A program made the translations under genes and the position numbers. Shown piece by piece: positions 8,282-17,018 of a stretch of 41,325 nucleotides of DNA. The first letter of the stretch is position 1, and each line of letters begins with the position of its first letter. The notes under the pieces are model-generated. The model was not told the DNA's origin and did not search any database. It worked only from the letters and a program-made list of their open reading frames with translations. Source of the stretch: Bernardetiaceae bacterium (lineage in GTDB: Bacteria > Bacteroidota > Bacteroidia > Cytophagales > Bernardetiaceae); NCBI GenBank assembly GCA_036822015.1, contig DAISIL010000002.1, forward strand, positions 75,268-116,592, given 5' to 3'.

Positions 8282-10756
8282 ATGTCGGATTTCAAAGATG
8301 TTTTTATCTCCTATGGTCGCGCGGAAAGCAAAGCCTTCGCTACCAAAATCCACGACTGGCTAAGGGCAGAGGATTATGCCGTGTGGTTCGATCAGAATGA
8401 CATCCCGCTGGCGGTAGATTTCCAGACCCAAATCGACCAGGGCATTCAGGAGGCCCACAACTTCATCTTTATCATCGCCCCGCACGCCCTACGCTCTGTT
8501 TATTGCCTCAAAGAAATTCTGCAAGCCATCCGGCTGGGTAAGCGCATCATCCCGATTTTGCACATCGAACCCCAGCAAAAAGAAGACTGGGATCAGATGC
8601 ACCCCACGATCTCGAAGCTCAACTGGCTGTACTTTAGGCAGCAGTATGATCCCAATCTTCCCCTTGAACAGTGGGAGGACATCGACGACTTTGCCAGAGC
8701 ATTTGATGCACTCAAAGCTGTTCTCCAGAGCAACCAGGAGTACGTCGCCTGGCATACCTATATCCTCAATGAAGCCATCCGCTGGAACCAAAACCAACGT
8801 CGCCCCCAGTTTTTACTTGCCGGAGACGACCGTGAACAAGCCCTCAAATGGCTCCTGACGGATTTTCGCAAAGAGCAAACCCCCTGCCTACCCACCGACC
8901 TACAATGCGAGTACATCTGCGAATCCCGAAAGAACGCCGAAAACCTCATGGCCGATGTCTTCATCTCATCCCCGCCCGCCGACCGCCGGCTACGGGAGCA
9001 GATCACGGCCGCCCTGCACCGCAAAAGCATCACGACCTGGACAGAAGCCGACATCAAAACCGGACAACGCGCCCGCGATGCCGCCAAGACGGGTATCCTG
9101 CATTCGGATAACTTCATCTTTTTTCTTTCCACCGAGTCCGTCGTTTCTGTCGAGTGCCTCAAAGAACTCAAAACAGCGATCAAGAACCAAAAGCGTATCA
9201 TCCCCCTGCTCGTGGAGTTTGTGGACGATTACCAAATCCCCCGCTCGGTGCGCTCCCTCAAGCGCGTCGATTTCACGGACAACGAAAACGAAGAGCATTT
9301 CCAGATCGACATCCGAGACCTGATCCAGGAAATCAGAAAAGACCAAACCTACTACCACCAACACAAAATACTCCTAGCCCGCGCCCTCAAGTGGGAACAA
9401 CAAAACCGCAACGATAGCATCTTGCTCCAGGGGCAATCCCTCCAAGAAGCCCAAGCCTGGCTCGACATCGGCGAACGCAGAGCCGACCATAAGCCCACCC
9501 AACTCCACCGAGATTTCATCCAGGAAAGCCTCCTCAAGACAGGACAAATCCGCACCGATGTTTTTCTTTGCTATGCCTCCAACGAAGGCGATTTTGTCCG
9601 ACGGCTCAACGAAGAACTACAAATCCACGGCAAAAACACCTGGTTCGATCAAGAAACCATCAACACCAACTCCTCCGAGGGCTTCCGTCAGGAGGTAGAG
9701 CAGGCTATCCTCGAATCCGATAACGTCGTTTTTATCCTCTCCAAAAAATCCGTCGAAAACACCGACACCCAAGCCGAACTCGCCCACGCCCAAACCCTGG
9801 GCAAGCGCATCATCACCCTGATTTACGACGAAGTACCACCCTGGCAGATGCCTGACCGCCTGCGCCAAACCACGCAAATTGATTTTGAGCGCGACAAGAT
9901 GGACTTCCACGACGCTTTCAGTCAGCTCATCCGCCAACTCGATGCCGACAGCGATCATGTCCGTAGCCACACCCGATGGGAGCAGGAGGCCCGCCAGTGG
10001 AGCCAAAACGGACAAAATGAAGACTTTCTCTTGCGCGGCAGTGAGTTCACGATTGCCAAGGAGTGGTTTGAGGAAGCCAAACGCCGCAACAAAAAACCCG
10101 CCCCCACCCCCCTCCAGGAATCCTTCATTGCCAAAAGCGAAGAGGTCATCGAATGGACGCGCCAGCAGGAGGAAGCCCAGGAGCGTCGCCTCCTCGACCT
10201 CGAACGTGCCCGTGTACGGGAGGCCCAGAAGCGCGTCCGACGGCAGAACATCTCCCTGGTTATCATCAGTGTAGCCCTTTTGGTGGCCATTGTCTTTGGC
10301 AGCATTGCCTACAAGCGTACCACGGAGGCCAGTGCCGCCCTAGCCATAGCCGAAGAAGCCGAAAAACTAGCCCGCCTCAAAACCGAAGAGACCGAACGCG
10401 CCCTCCAGAAATCTCTCGAAGCCGAAATCAGCCTCCAAAATGCCCTAATCGAAGTAGAAACGGCCCGAGCCAATGCCGAAGCCGCCCTCCAAAAAGCAGG
10501 CATCGCCATCTCCCAACGCCAGCAGGCGGTCAGGGAGCGCGTACAGGTAGAACGGCAGGCCAAAAGCAGGCTCTCGGCCCAGGAGCAACGCGAGATCGAA
10601 AAGTTCCAGGAACTCCGAAAGAAACTCGAGCAAGCCCAAAAAGACCTCCAGCGGGCGGTCGATGATATGGCTGCCATTGGGGTCATTCGTCCGGCAGTCA
10701 AGCAACGCCTGCGCGAGTTGATCGAAAAGGAGTTTAAGGAAGCTACCGTGGAGTGA
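8282..10756 (+). CDS. triple-TIR-domain membrane protein: TIR1 (aa 5-125), TIR2 (aa 224-345), TIR3 (aa 425-545), each followed by a W-rich helical module; TM helix at aa 657-676; C-terminal coiled coil at aa 680-824
   Basis: There are three betaA motifs (DVFISYGRAES, ADVFISSPPAD, TDVFLCYASNEG) and three alphaC motifs with a conserved Glu (SVYCLKEIL, SVECLKELK, TDTQAELAH), plus recurring KRIIP. The three linker modules are ILNEAIRWNQNQRRPQFLLAGDDREQALKWL, ILLARALKWEQQNRNDSILLQGQSLQEAQAWL and HTRWEQEARQWSQNGQNEDFLLRGSEFTIAKEWF. The hydrophobic stretch is ISLVIISVALLVAIVFGSIAY, flanked by KRVRRQN. Confidence 0.85.
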   Translation: MSDFKDVFISYGRAESKAFATKIHDWLRAEDYAVWFDQNDIPLAVDFQTQIDQGIQEAHNFIFIIAPHALRSVYCLKEILQAIRLGKRIIPILHIEPQQKEDWDQMHPTISKLNWLYFRQQYDPNLPLEQWEDIDDFARAFDALKAVLQSNQEYVAWHTYILNEAIRWNQNQRRPQFLLAGDDREQALKWLLTDFRKEQTPCLPTDLQCEYICESRKNAENLMADVFISSPPADRRLREQITAALHRKSITTWTEADIKTGQRARDAAKTGILHSDNFIFFLSTESVVSVECLKELKTAIKNQKRIIPLLVEFVDDYQIPRSVRSLKRVDFTDNENEEHFQIDIRDLIQEIRKDQTYYHQHKILLARALKWEQQNRNDSILLQGQSLQEAQAWLDIGERRADHKPTQLHRDFIQESLLKTGQIRTDVFLCYASNEGDFVRRLNEELQIHGKNTWFDQETINTNSSEGFRQEVEQAILESDNVVFILSKKSVENTDTQAELAHAQTLGKRIITLIYDEVPPWQMPDRLRQTTQIDFERDKMDFHDAFSQLIRQLDADSDHVRSHTRWEQEARQWSQNGQNEDFLLRGSEFTIAKEWFEEAKRRNKKPAPTPLQESFIAKSEEVIEWTRQQEEAQERRLLDLERARVREAQKRVRRQNISLVIISVALLVAIVFGSIAYKRTTEASAALAIAEEAEKLARLKTEETERALQKSLEAEISLQNALIEVETARANAEAALQKAGIAISQRQQAVRERVQVERQAKSRLSAQEQREIEKFQELRKKLEQAQKDLQRAVDDMAAIGVIRPAVKQRLRELIEKEFKEATVE

Positions 10757-10803
10757 TGCCCACAAAAAATTGTACCTTTGTTCAAAAAAAACATTCTCTC
10801 TGT

Positions 10804-11193
10804 ATGCCTACCATTGATATTACCGGAAAAATCATCAAGAAATTTGATACGCAGGTAGTCTCCGAACGCTTCCAAAAACGGGAGTTTGTCTTGCACGTGG
10901 AGGAGGATCGCTATCCCCAAGAAATCCTGCTACAACTGGTCCAGGACAAATGCGATCTCCTGGATAGCTACAAGGAAGGCGACCAGGTGCTGGCCCGCGT
11001 AGCCATCGAAGGGCGCAGTTGGCAACGCTCGCCGTCAGAACCCATGCGTTGGTTTAACTCCCTTAAAGTCTTTGCGCTGCAAGCAGCGGCCGGAGAGAGC
11101 AGTAGCCCTGCGTTCGCGCCCGCAACAACAAGCAGCGCACCCCCGCCCCCGCCTCCGCCCCCGCCCACCAGCGCGGATGACCTGCCCTTCTGA
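10804..11193 (+). CDS. DUF3127-family protein with C-terminal Pro-rich linker and SSB-like acidic tip (…APPPPPPPPPTSADDLPF)
   Basis: MPTIDITGKIIKKF...REFVLHVEEDRYPQEILLQLVQDKCDLL...GDQVLARVAIEGRSW...RWFNSLKVFALQ matches the DUF3127 pattern. Start chosen at the Met at 10804. The stop overlaps the folP start. Confidence 0.65.
   Translation: MPTIDITGKIIKKFDTQVVSERFQKREFVLHVEEDRYPQEILLQLVQDKCDLLDSYKEGDQVLARVAIEGRSWQRSPSEPMRWFNSLKVFALQAAAGESSSPAFAPATTSSAPPPPPPPPPTSADDLPF
11141..11167 (+). repeat. (CCCCCG)n hexanucleotide simple-sequence repeat encoding the poly-Pro linker
   Basis: ccccgcccccgcctccgcccccgccc read directly from the sequence. Confidence 0.7.
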
Positions 11194-12041
11194 TGACCAG
11201 CCCGTCTGCCTTTAGCCTGCGCCTGGGCGGCTCCCTGATGTCTCTGGATAGGCCCAAGGTGATGGGTATTCTCAACCTTACCCCCGATTCTTTTTTTGCT
11301 GGCAGCCGAGTGTCCCAAACCGAGGCACTTCTACGGCGTGCCGAGCAGATGCTCAACGAAGGTGCCGACTTCCTGGACGTAGGAGGCTACTCCACCCGCC
11401 CAGGGGCTAGCCCCGTACCCGTAGCGGAGGAGCAGCGGCGGGTGCGCGAGGCGATACAGGCATTGGTACAAGCCTTTCCGGAGGCGCATATCTCCGTGGA
11501 TACCTTTCGGGCTTCGGTGGTCGAGGTAGCCGTCGGGGAAGGAGCCGTGCTGATAAACGACGTATCGGGGGGTAGCCTAGACCCGCAGATGTTCCAGACC
11601 GTAGCCCGTCTGCGCGTCCCTTATGTGCTGATGCACCTACGTGGGACACCCCAAACGATGATGACCCTCAACCAGTACGAGGATTTGCTCCTGGACATCA
11701 TCGAGGAGTTACAGGCTCGTCTGGTACAACTTCGTCGCCTGGGCGTATCCGACGTGATCCTGGATCCGGGCTTTGGCTTCGCCAAAAATATCCCCCAAAA
11801 CTTCCAACTCCTGCGCCAACTCCCCGAGCTGCACCTGCTGGGCTGTCCTCTTTTGGTGGGGCTTTCTCGCAAGTCGATGATTTACAAGATGCTCCATATC
11901 ACGGCCGAGCAGGCCCTCAACGGCAGCACAGTCCTGCATACGCTTGCGTTGGAGCAAGGGGCGCATATCTTGCGTGTCCATGACGTAAAAGCGGCTCGGG
12001 AGGCTGTCCAACTTTGGGTTGCCTTTCGGGGAAAGGCATAG
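11193..12041 (+). CDS. folP: dihydropteroate synthase
   Basis: VMGILNLTPDSF, DVGGYSTRPGA, LINDVSGG and ILDPGFGFAK motifs over a 282-aa pterin-binding domain. Confidence 0.9.
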   Translation: MTSPSAFSLRLGGSLMSLDRPKVMGILNLTPDSFFAGSRVSQTEALLRRAEQMLNEGADFLDVGGYSTRPGASPVPVAEEQRRVREAIQALVQAFPEAHISVDTFRASVVEVAVGEGAVLINDVSGGSLDPQMFQTVARLRVPYVLMHLRGTPQTMMTLNQYEDLLLDIIEELQARLVQLRRLGVSDVILDPGFGFAKNIPQNFQLLRQLPELHLLGCPLLVGLSRKSMIYKMLHITAEQALNGSTVLHTLALEQGAHILRVHDVKAAREAVQLWVAFRGKA

Positions 12042-12149
12042 ATTTTAGTTATCTGACCATCAGAAAGATTGATGTTTTGCTCTCGAAAAGTCAAGTATCT
12101 TTGTCGAAATTCTGATAACTAAGGTTACAACTTACTACCGCTTAACGAA

Positions 12150-12183
12150 CGCTTCTCTGCCCGGGGGAGCGTTTCTTTTTTTT
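12150..12183 (+). terminator. candidate rho-independent terminator downstream of folP (imperfect GC-rich hairpin plus T-run)
   Basis: cgcttctctgcccgggggagcg can form a stem of about 8 bp including wobbles, followed by tttcttttttttat. Confidence 0.3.
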
Positions 12184-12190
12184 ATCTTTG
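12183..12190 (+). promoter_or_regulatory. candidate -7 promoter element (TATCTTTG = TAnnTTTG) upstream of hisG
   Basis: Perfect match to the Bacteroidota -7 consensus, 42 bp upstream of the hisG ATG. It is embedded in the T-run of the putative folP terminator. Confidence 0.3.
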
Positions 12191-12231
12191 CGCCTTCACC
12201 GGTCATCAAACCAACAAATCAACAAAGCGAT

Positions 12232-13092
12232 ATGTCCGACAAACTACGGATAGCCGTCCAGAAGTCCGGGCGGCTGAGTGAAGGATCAGATGCACTCCTA
12301 CGCGAATGCGGCATTCAGTTTCAGCAAGGAAAAGGAAAACTCAAGGCAGTGGCGCATAATTTTCCGATTGAGATTTTGTTTTTGCGGGACGACGACATCC
12401 CTGCCTACGTCCAGGACGGCGTAGCCGATGTGGGTATCCTGGGCGAAAACGTCGTCGTAGAAAAACAACAGTCCGTACAGATACTCGAACGCCTGGGCTT
12501 CTCGAAGTGCCGGCTCTCCATCGCCGTTCCACGCGGGGCGACCTACCACGGCATCGCAGACCTATCCGGCAAAAAGATCGCTACCTCCTACCCGCATCTG
12601 CTGGGGAGCTACCTCGAGGCGCAGGGCATTACGGCTAAGCTGCACTTTATCAACGGATCGGTAGAAATTGCGCCGAGCATTGGGCTGGCAGATGCTGTGT
12701 GCGACATCGTGAGTTCGGGTAGCACCCTGTTGAGCAACGGACTCAAAGAAGTACAGACCATCTTTAAGTCCGAGGCTGTCTTGATTGCCGGAAACGGCTT
12801 GAGTGCCGAGCGTCAGGCGATCTTGGATCAGCTTCGGTTTAGGATTCAGTCGGTTCGTCGGGCGGAGGGGCGGAAGTACATCTTACTCAATGCTCCGGAG
12901 GATCAACTGGATACGATTTTGTCCATTTTGCCGGGTCTCAAAAGCCCCACGGTGATGCCCCTGGCAACCAAAGGCTGGTATTCGGTGCACTCGGTGATTG
13001 AGGAGGATGTTTTTTGGGAAAAAATAGCCGCTCTTCGCACGGCCGGTGCCGAGGGCATCCTGGTTGTCCCGATCGGGAAGATGATTATCTAA
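12232..13092 (+). CDS. hisG: ATP phosphoribosyltransferase, long form
   Basis: LRIAVQKSGRL N-terminus and 286 aa including a C-terminal regulatory domain. Confidence 0.9.
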   Translation: MSDKLRIAVQKSGRLSEGSDALLRECGIQFQQGKGKLKAVAHNFPIEILFLRDDDIPAYVQDGVADVGILGENVVVEKQQSVQILERLGFSKCRLSIAVPRGATYHGIADLSGKKIATSYPHLLGSYLEAQGITAKLHFINGSVEIAPSIGLADAVCDIVSSGSTLLSNGLKEVQTIFKSEAVLIAGNGLSAERQAILDQLRFRIQSVRRAEGRKYILLNAPEDQLDTILSILPGLKSPTVMPLATKGWYSVHSVIEEDVFWEKIAALRTAGAEGILVVPIGKMII

Positions 13093-13757
13093 TCTACTTT
13101 GTATCGGCTCTGCAACTTTTTGATTTGGTCATCACGAAGTTGCTTGAGTTTGATTTCATGGTCTTCGATCCATTTGGTTTGGCTATAGCTGCCGTCGGGA
13201 TATTTGTCTTGATAAAACTCATATTCTACTTTGTATTCGGCAAATATTTCCTGATAGACATCTTCGATGATGGCAAAGTTTTGTTTGATGTTTCGCTTGA
13301 GATAGGAAAGGTCTTCGCGTTCGGTCATGATGATGGCTTCTACACCTGCCAGGTCGGCTCGGGTGATACCTGGTTCGGATGAGGCTAGGGTCTCTTTGAT
13401 GAGGCGATCAAACTCGGTAAAGGCCTGTTCGTCAATAAAAAAGTCATCCATCATCTGATCGGAGATCACCAGTCCTACGATGGCTTCGTTTTCGGTGAGG
13501 CGTTGGAGCATCAGTTGTTGTTTCCAACTGGCATAGCGTCCGAGGTCTTTGTCGGAGAGTTTGCTCACGGGAGATCCCATGTAGGCTTCCCAGGCGGCGG
13601 CATCGGTGGGATCTTCTTTGAGGGTCTGCCAGATTTTGGGTTTTTTTAGGGGATCGTTTGCCCATCCATCGGGTTCGTCATCTTGGGCGTAGGCGTTCAG
13701 GCAAGGTAAAGCAAGACAAGCGATCAGGAGGAGAAAAGTGTACAGGTGATATTTCAT
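13089..13757 (-). CDS. hypothetical secreted protein (signal peptide; acidic, helical)
   Basis: N-terminal MKYHLYTFLLLIACLALPCLNAYAQ signal peptide. Lies in an operon with the upstream OmpA-family gene. No recognisable domain. Confidence 0.5.
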   Translation of the reverse strand: MKYHLYTFLLLIACLALPCLNAYAQDDEPDGWANDPLKKPKIWQTLKEDPTDAAAWEAYMGSPVSKLSDKDLGRYASWKQQLMLQRLTENEAIVGLVISDQMMDDFFIDEQAFTEFDRLIKETLASSEPGITRADLAGVEAIIMTEREDLSYLKRNIKQNFAIIEDVYQEIFAEYKVEYEFYQDKYPDGSYSQTKWIEDHEIKLKQLRDDQIKKLQSRYKVD

Positions 13758-13791
13758 AGGTCATGGATGTTTGATAAAACTAGCATCAAAA

Positions 13792-14982
13792 TTAACGCCA
13801 TATTGTGATGCGTACTTTCCGATCTTTGGTGGTGGTGCTGGGCCGGGTATCTGCTTCATTGGCAAAAAACTCTCCGTGGGCTTTGGTCAGGATATGATCG
13901 TATTTCAGTCCGAGCATCTGCAAGACAAAAGAAACGGCATCAATACGATCAGCGGCTAGATGTAGATTTTGTTGTACATCGCCCGTCGCATCGGCGTAGC
14001 CCTCTAAGAACGCAGAAAGTCCGGCATAATGGTTGGCTTTAATGAAGTTTTCGATTTCTTTTTTGCTTTCTTCGCTGACATTGGCACTATTGACCTCAAA
14101 GAAAACCTCGAGGCTTTGTGTTTTCTTGGGGGTATGCGCCTGTGCATTGAGGGCTTTACCGCTGGGGCCGCCCAGATGCACGACGTAGCGACGGGTTTGT
14201 TTGGGGGGGAGGTCGGAGGGTTTCCATTCCATCAAGACAGCACTATCGTCGGTGTATTGCATGACCCCTTCGCTGGTATCGAGCCTAAAGATGTTGCTTA
14301 GGTAGGCCCACTGCCCCACACAGAGGGCATCCATGGGGTGGCTATCTTCGGTTTCCTGGGTAAGGACGATGGCCTGCGCTGCTGTGGGGTTGGTGTGGTC
14401 GTGATGAAAGACGACTTTTCGGGGGATGGCCGGATAAGCAAATACTTCGTCGAGCATCACCAACTGCCCGTCGCCGGTGGCTACGCAGTTGTCTTTGTCT
14501 TCGATTTTGGCATCGAGCATCAGGCTTAGCCCAACGGGTATGCGACGGTCGGCGTTGTTGGTGATTTCGTACTCGATGCGGTAGTACGTGCCGTCTTTGC
14601 CGAGCGGAACGGGCTGTAGCTGGGCATCTACGGGGATAAGTTTTTGTTTGATGGAGAGTTGGGCAAAAGAAAAGTGCGTTTCGATGTATCGCGATCCTAC
14701 CTCTGTTTCTAGCCCGACGATCTTAGCCCGTGTGATGCGCTCGCCCAGCAGGTGTTGTGTCTGGTAAAAATCCGGTGAGTTGGAGGCCAGCCGCGCCCCT
14801 GCTTGCAGGATAAAATGTGAACTCGAATACCGATGCGGATAACCAAACAGCAGTGGATGGTCTTGATAACCAATCGTAAAGCGCCCATCAGCTGATTTTT
14901 CGACCCGCTCCTCCGGTGGATGCCCCCCAGAAAACGAGAACAAAGACAACGTTACCACCAGTAAGAAAGATAGGAAATTCAT
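13792..14982 (-). CDS. OmpA-family protein (N-terminal unknown domain plus C-terminal OmpA-like peptidoglycan-binding domain)
   Basis: Start set at MNFLSFLLVVTLSLFSFSGG (signal peptide; ATG 14982..14980) rather than the ORF-track 15165. The C-terminus (FEVNSANVSEESKKEIENFI...LEGYADATGDVQQNLHLAADRIDAV) is OmpA_C-like. Confidence 0.7.
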   Translation of the reverse strand: MNFLSFLLVVTLSLFSFSGGHPPEERVEKSADGRFTIGYQDHPLLFGYPHRYSSSHFILQAGARLASNSPDFYQTQHLLGERITRAKIVGLETEVGSRYIETHFSFAQLSIKQKLIPVDAQLQPVPLGKDGTYYRIEYEITNNADRRIPVGLSLMLDAKIEDKDNCVATGDGQLVMLDEVFAYPAIPRKVVFHHDHTNPTAAQAIVLTQETEDSHPMDALCVGQWAYLSNIFRLDTSEGVMQYTDDSAVLMEWKPSDLPPKQTRRYVVHLGGPSGKALNAQAHTPKKTQSLEVFFEVNSANVSEESKKEIENFIKANHYAGLSAFLEGYADATGDVQQNLHLAADRIDAVSFVLQMLGLKYDHILTKAHGEFFANEADTRPSTTTKDRKVRITIWR

Positions 14983-15110
14983 ATTTTTGCGTTTTGTACC
15001 GAGTAAAAATAGCCTGTTTGGCACTTTTTTGCTATTTTTCCAACGAAAAAATAGCCCGGCCTTGTACCCCAGCCTTTGACAAAGCCCGTCATCCACAAAA
15101 ATACCAAATT

Positions 15111-16022
15111 TTGAGCATCTTAGAAATTCAGCAACTGACCAAAGCCTATCACAGTCATCAGGCACTCAAAGGCATCACCTTTGCTATCCCTCGCGGTACG
15201 ATCTTTGGTCTGTTGGGCCCCAATGGTGCCGGCAAAACGACGCTTTTGCGGATCATCAATCAGATCATACAAGCCGATAGCGGAACAATACTCTTTGATA
15301 ACCAGCCACTTGCTCCTAAGCACATCGCCCGTATTGGCTATCTGCCCGAAGAGCGGGGACTCTACAAAAAAATGAAAGTCGGGGAGCAGCTCATGTACCT
15401 GGGGCAGCTCAAAGGACTTTCGGCGGCCGCCGTCAAGGACAAGCTCCGCTACTGGAACGATCGCTTTGCGATGCACGGGTGGTGGAAAAAAAGTGTGAGC
15501 GACCTCTCGAAGGGGATGCAACAAAAAGTTCAGTTTATCAGTACGGTACTCCACGAACCCGAGTTGATTATCCTCGACGAGCCTTTTTCGGGCTTCGACC
15601 CGGTCAATGCAGACTTGATTCAGGAGGTCATCTTAGAGTTTCGGGATCGCGGACATACCATCTTGTTTTCTACCCACCGGATGGAATCCGTCGAAGAACT
15701 CTGCCAGGCCCTGGTACTGATCCATCAAGGCGAACTGATCCTGGAGGGTACCAAAGCCGAGATCAAGGCCCGCTACCGCCCCTTCATTTACGAGTTGCTC
15801 ACCGATGCCCCGCTTGTTTTCGATCAAACGCCAGCCTTTGATATTCTGGGTATCCAGCCCGAAGATGGCCGCTACCGTACCCAGGTGCGCATCCAGGATG
15901 CCCAACATACGGGACAGGATTTGATCGCGGCCAGCATCGCCCAAACTACCGTCTGGGCCTTTCAGGAACAGATGCCCCGTATCCATGAGATTTTTGTGCG
16001 GCTTGTACAGGGGCAGGACTGA
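15111..16022 (+). CDS. ABC transporter ATP-binding protein
   Basis: GPNGAGKTT Walker A, LSKGMQQKV signature, ILDEPFSGFD Walker B and a His-loop. There is no in-frame ATG; the TTG at 15111 (MSILEIQQLTKAY...) is the most plausible start. The ORF-track extension to 14916 overlaps the divergent OmpA gene. Confidence 0.75.
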   Translation: MSILEIQQLTKAYHSHQALKGITFAIPRGTIFGLLGPNGAGKTTLLRIINQIIQADSGTILFDNQPLAPKHIARIGYLPEERGLYKKMKVGEQLMYLGQLKGLSAAAVKDKLRYWNDRFAMHGWWKKSVSDLSKGMQQKVQFISTVLHEPELIILDEPFSGFDPVNADLIQEVILEFRDRGHTILFSTHRMESVEELCQALVLIHQGELILEGTKAEIKARYRPFIYELLTDAPLVFDQTPAFDILGIQPEDGRYRTQVRIQDAQHTGQDLIAASIAQTTVWAFQEQMPRIHEIFVRLVQGQD

Positions 16023-16043
16023 CCGTTTTTGTAACTTTGTGAG

Positions 16044-17018
16044 ATGGAATGGACATGGTATCGTAGCTGGGGCGGGCAAGAGACGCTCCTGATGGTAGTT
16101 TTTGGTGTGTTGTATCTCCTGTTTGTCTTGCGCCTGGATCGCTCGGCGCGGGTTTTGGGGGTCAAGCCCTACCGCGTCTGGATCAAGGCTGCCCTGCGGC
16201 TAAGTTATTTTTTGCTGCTTTTGTTGGCCTTTTTGGGGCCTTCCTTCGGAAAAATCAAACGAGAGATTGCTGCCGTAGGCAAGGATATTTATATTGCTCT
16301 TGATCTCTCTGGCTCCATGAATGCCCAGGACATCGCCCCCTCGCGGCTGGATCGGGTCAAGTTTGAACTCAAAAAGCTATCCGATGCCTTTGCTTCGGAT
16401 CGCTTAGGCTTGATTATTTTTTCCTCCGAAGCCTTCGTACAATGCCCGCTCACCTACGACCAACGGGCCTTTTCGCTCTTCCTCGAGACCCTCAATACCA
16501 ACCTCGTCCCCAAAAGTGGCACCGACTTCGGCCCGCCCTTACGCATGGCCCTGGAGAAGCACACCGAAGACCAAAACAGCGGCGGCCGACCCAGTGCCAA
16601 GATCATCTTACTCATCAGTGATGGGGAGGACTTCGGTAAGGAAGCCCAAGAGGTGGCCCAGGAAATCAAGCAAGCCGGTATCAGGCTCTTTACTCTCGGG
16701 ATCGGGACAGCGACGGGCGGAAAAATTCCCGCCAACAACGGCTTCAAGCGCGATGCCCAGGGCAATGAAGTCATCACCCGCCTCAACTCGGACGACCTGC
16801 AAGAACTCTCCCGCATCACCGACGGCAAGTATTTTGAAGTCAGCGATACCCGAAACGACATCTCCCGTCTGATCCAGACCATTGCCCAGATCGAAGGACA
16901 GACCCGCGACGTGCGCCAACTCGATGCCTCGGCCAACAAATACTACTACCTCCTCTACCTTGCCCTGGGCTTGATTCTGATTGATCTCCTCTTGATGGTG
17001 CGGCTCTTGAAGCTATGA
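16044..17018 (+). CDS. BatA/BatB-like membrane-anchored von Willebrand factor A domain protein
   Basis: Two N-terminal TM helices, a vWA domain with the DLSGSM MIDAS motif (IALDLSGSMN, ILLISDGEDFG), and a C-terminal TM. Confidence 0.75.
   Translation: MEWTWYRSWGGQETLLMVVFGVLYLLFVLRLDRSARVLGVKPYRVWIKAALRLSYFLLLLLAFLGPSFGKIKREIAAVGKDIYIALDLSGSMNAQDIAPSRLDRVKFELKKLSDAFASDRLGLIIFSSEAFVQCPLTYDQRAFSLFLETLNTNLVPKSGTDFGPPLRMALEKHTEDQNSGGRPSAKIILLISDGEDFGKEAQEVAQEIKQAGIRLFTLGIGTATGGKIPANNGFKRDAQGNEVITRLNSDDLQELSRITDGKYFEVSDTRNDISRLIQTIAQIEGQTRDVRQLDASANKYYYLLYLALGLILIDLLLMVRLLKL

Noticed and set aside
10309-10920. 203-aa minus-strand ORF (Ala/Ser/Arg-rich)
   Set aside because: It is antisense to the coiled-coil-encoding 3' end of the TIR gene. 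Its low-complexity composition mirrors the Glu/Ala/Lys/Arg-rich sense strand.
10968-11318. 116-aa minus-strand ORF containing a poly-Gly run
   Set aside because: It is antisense to the DUF3127/folP junction. The Gly run is the reverse complement of the CCCCCG Pro-codon repeat.
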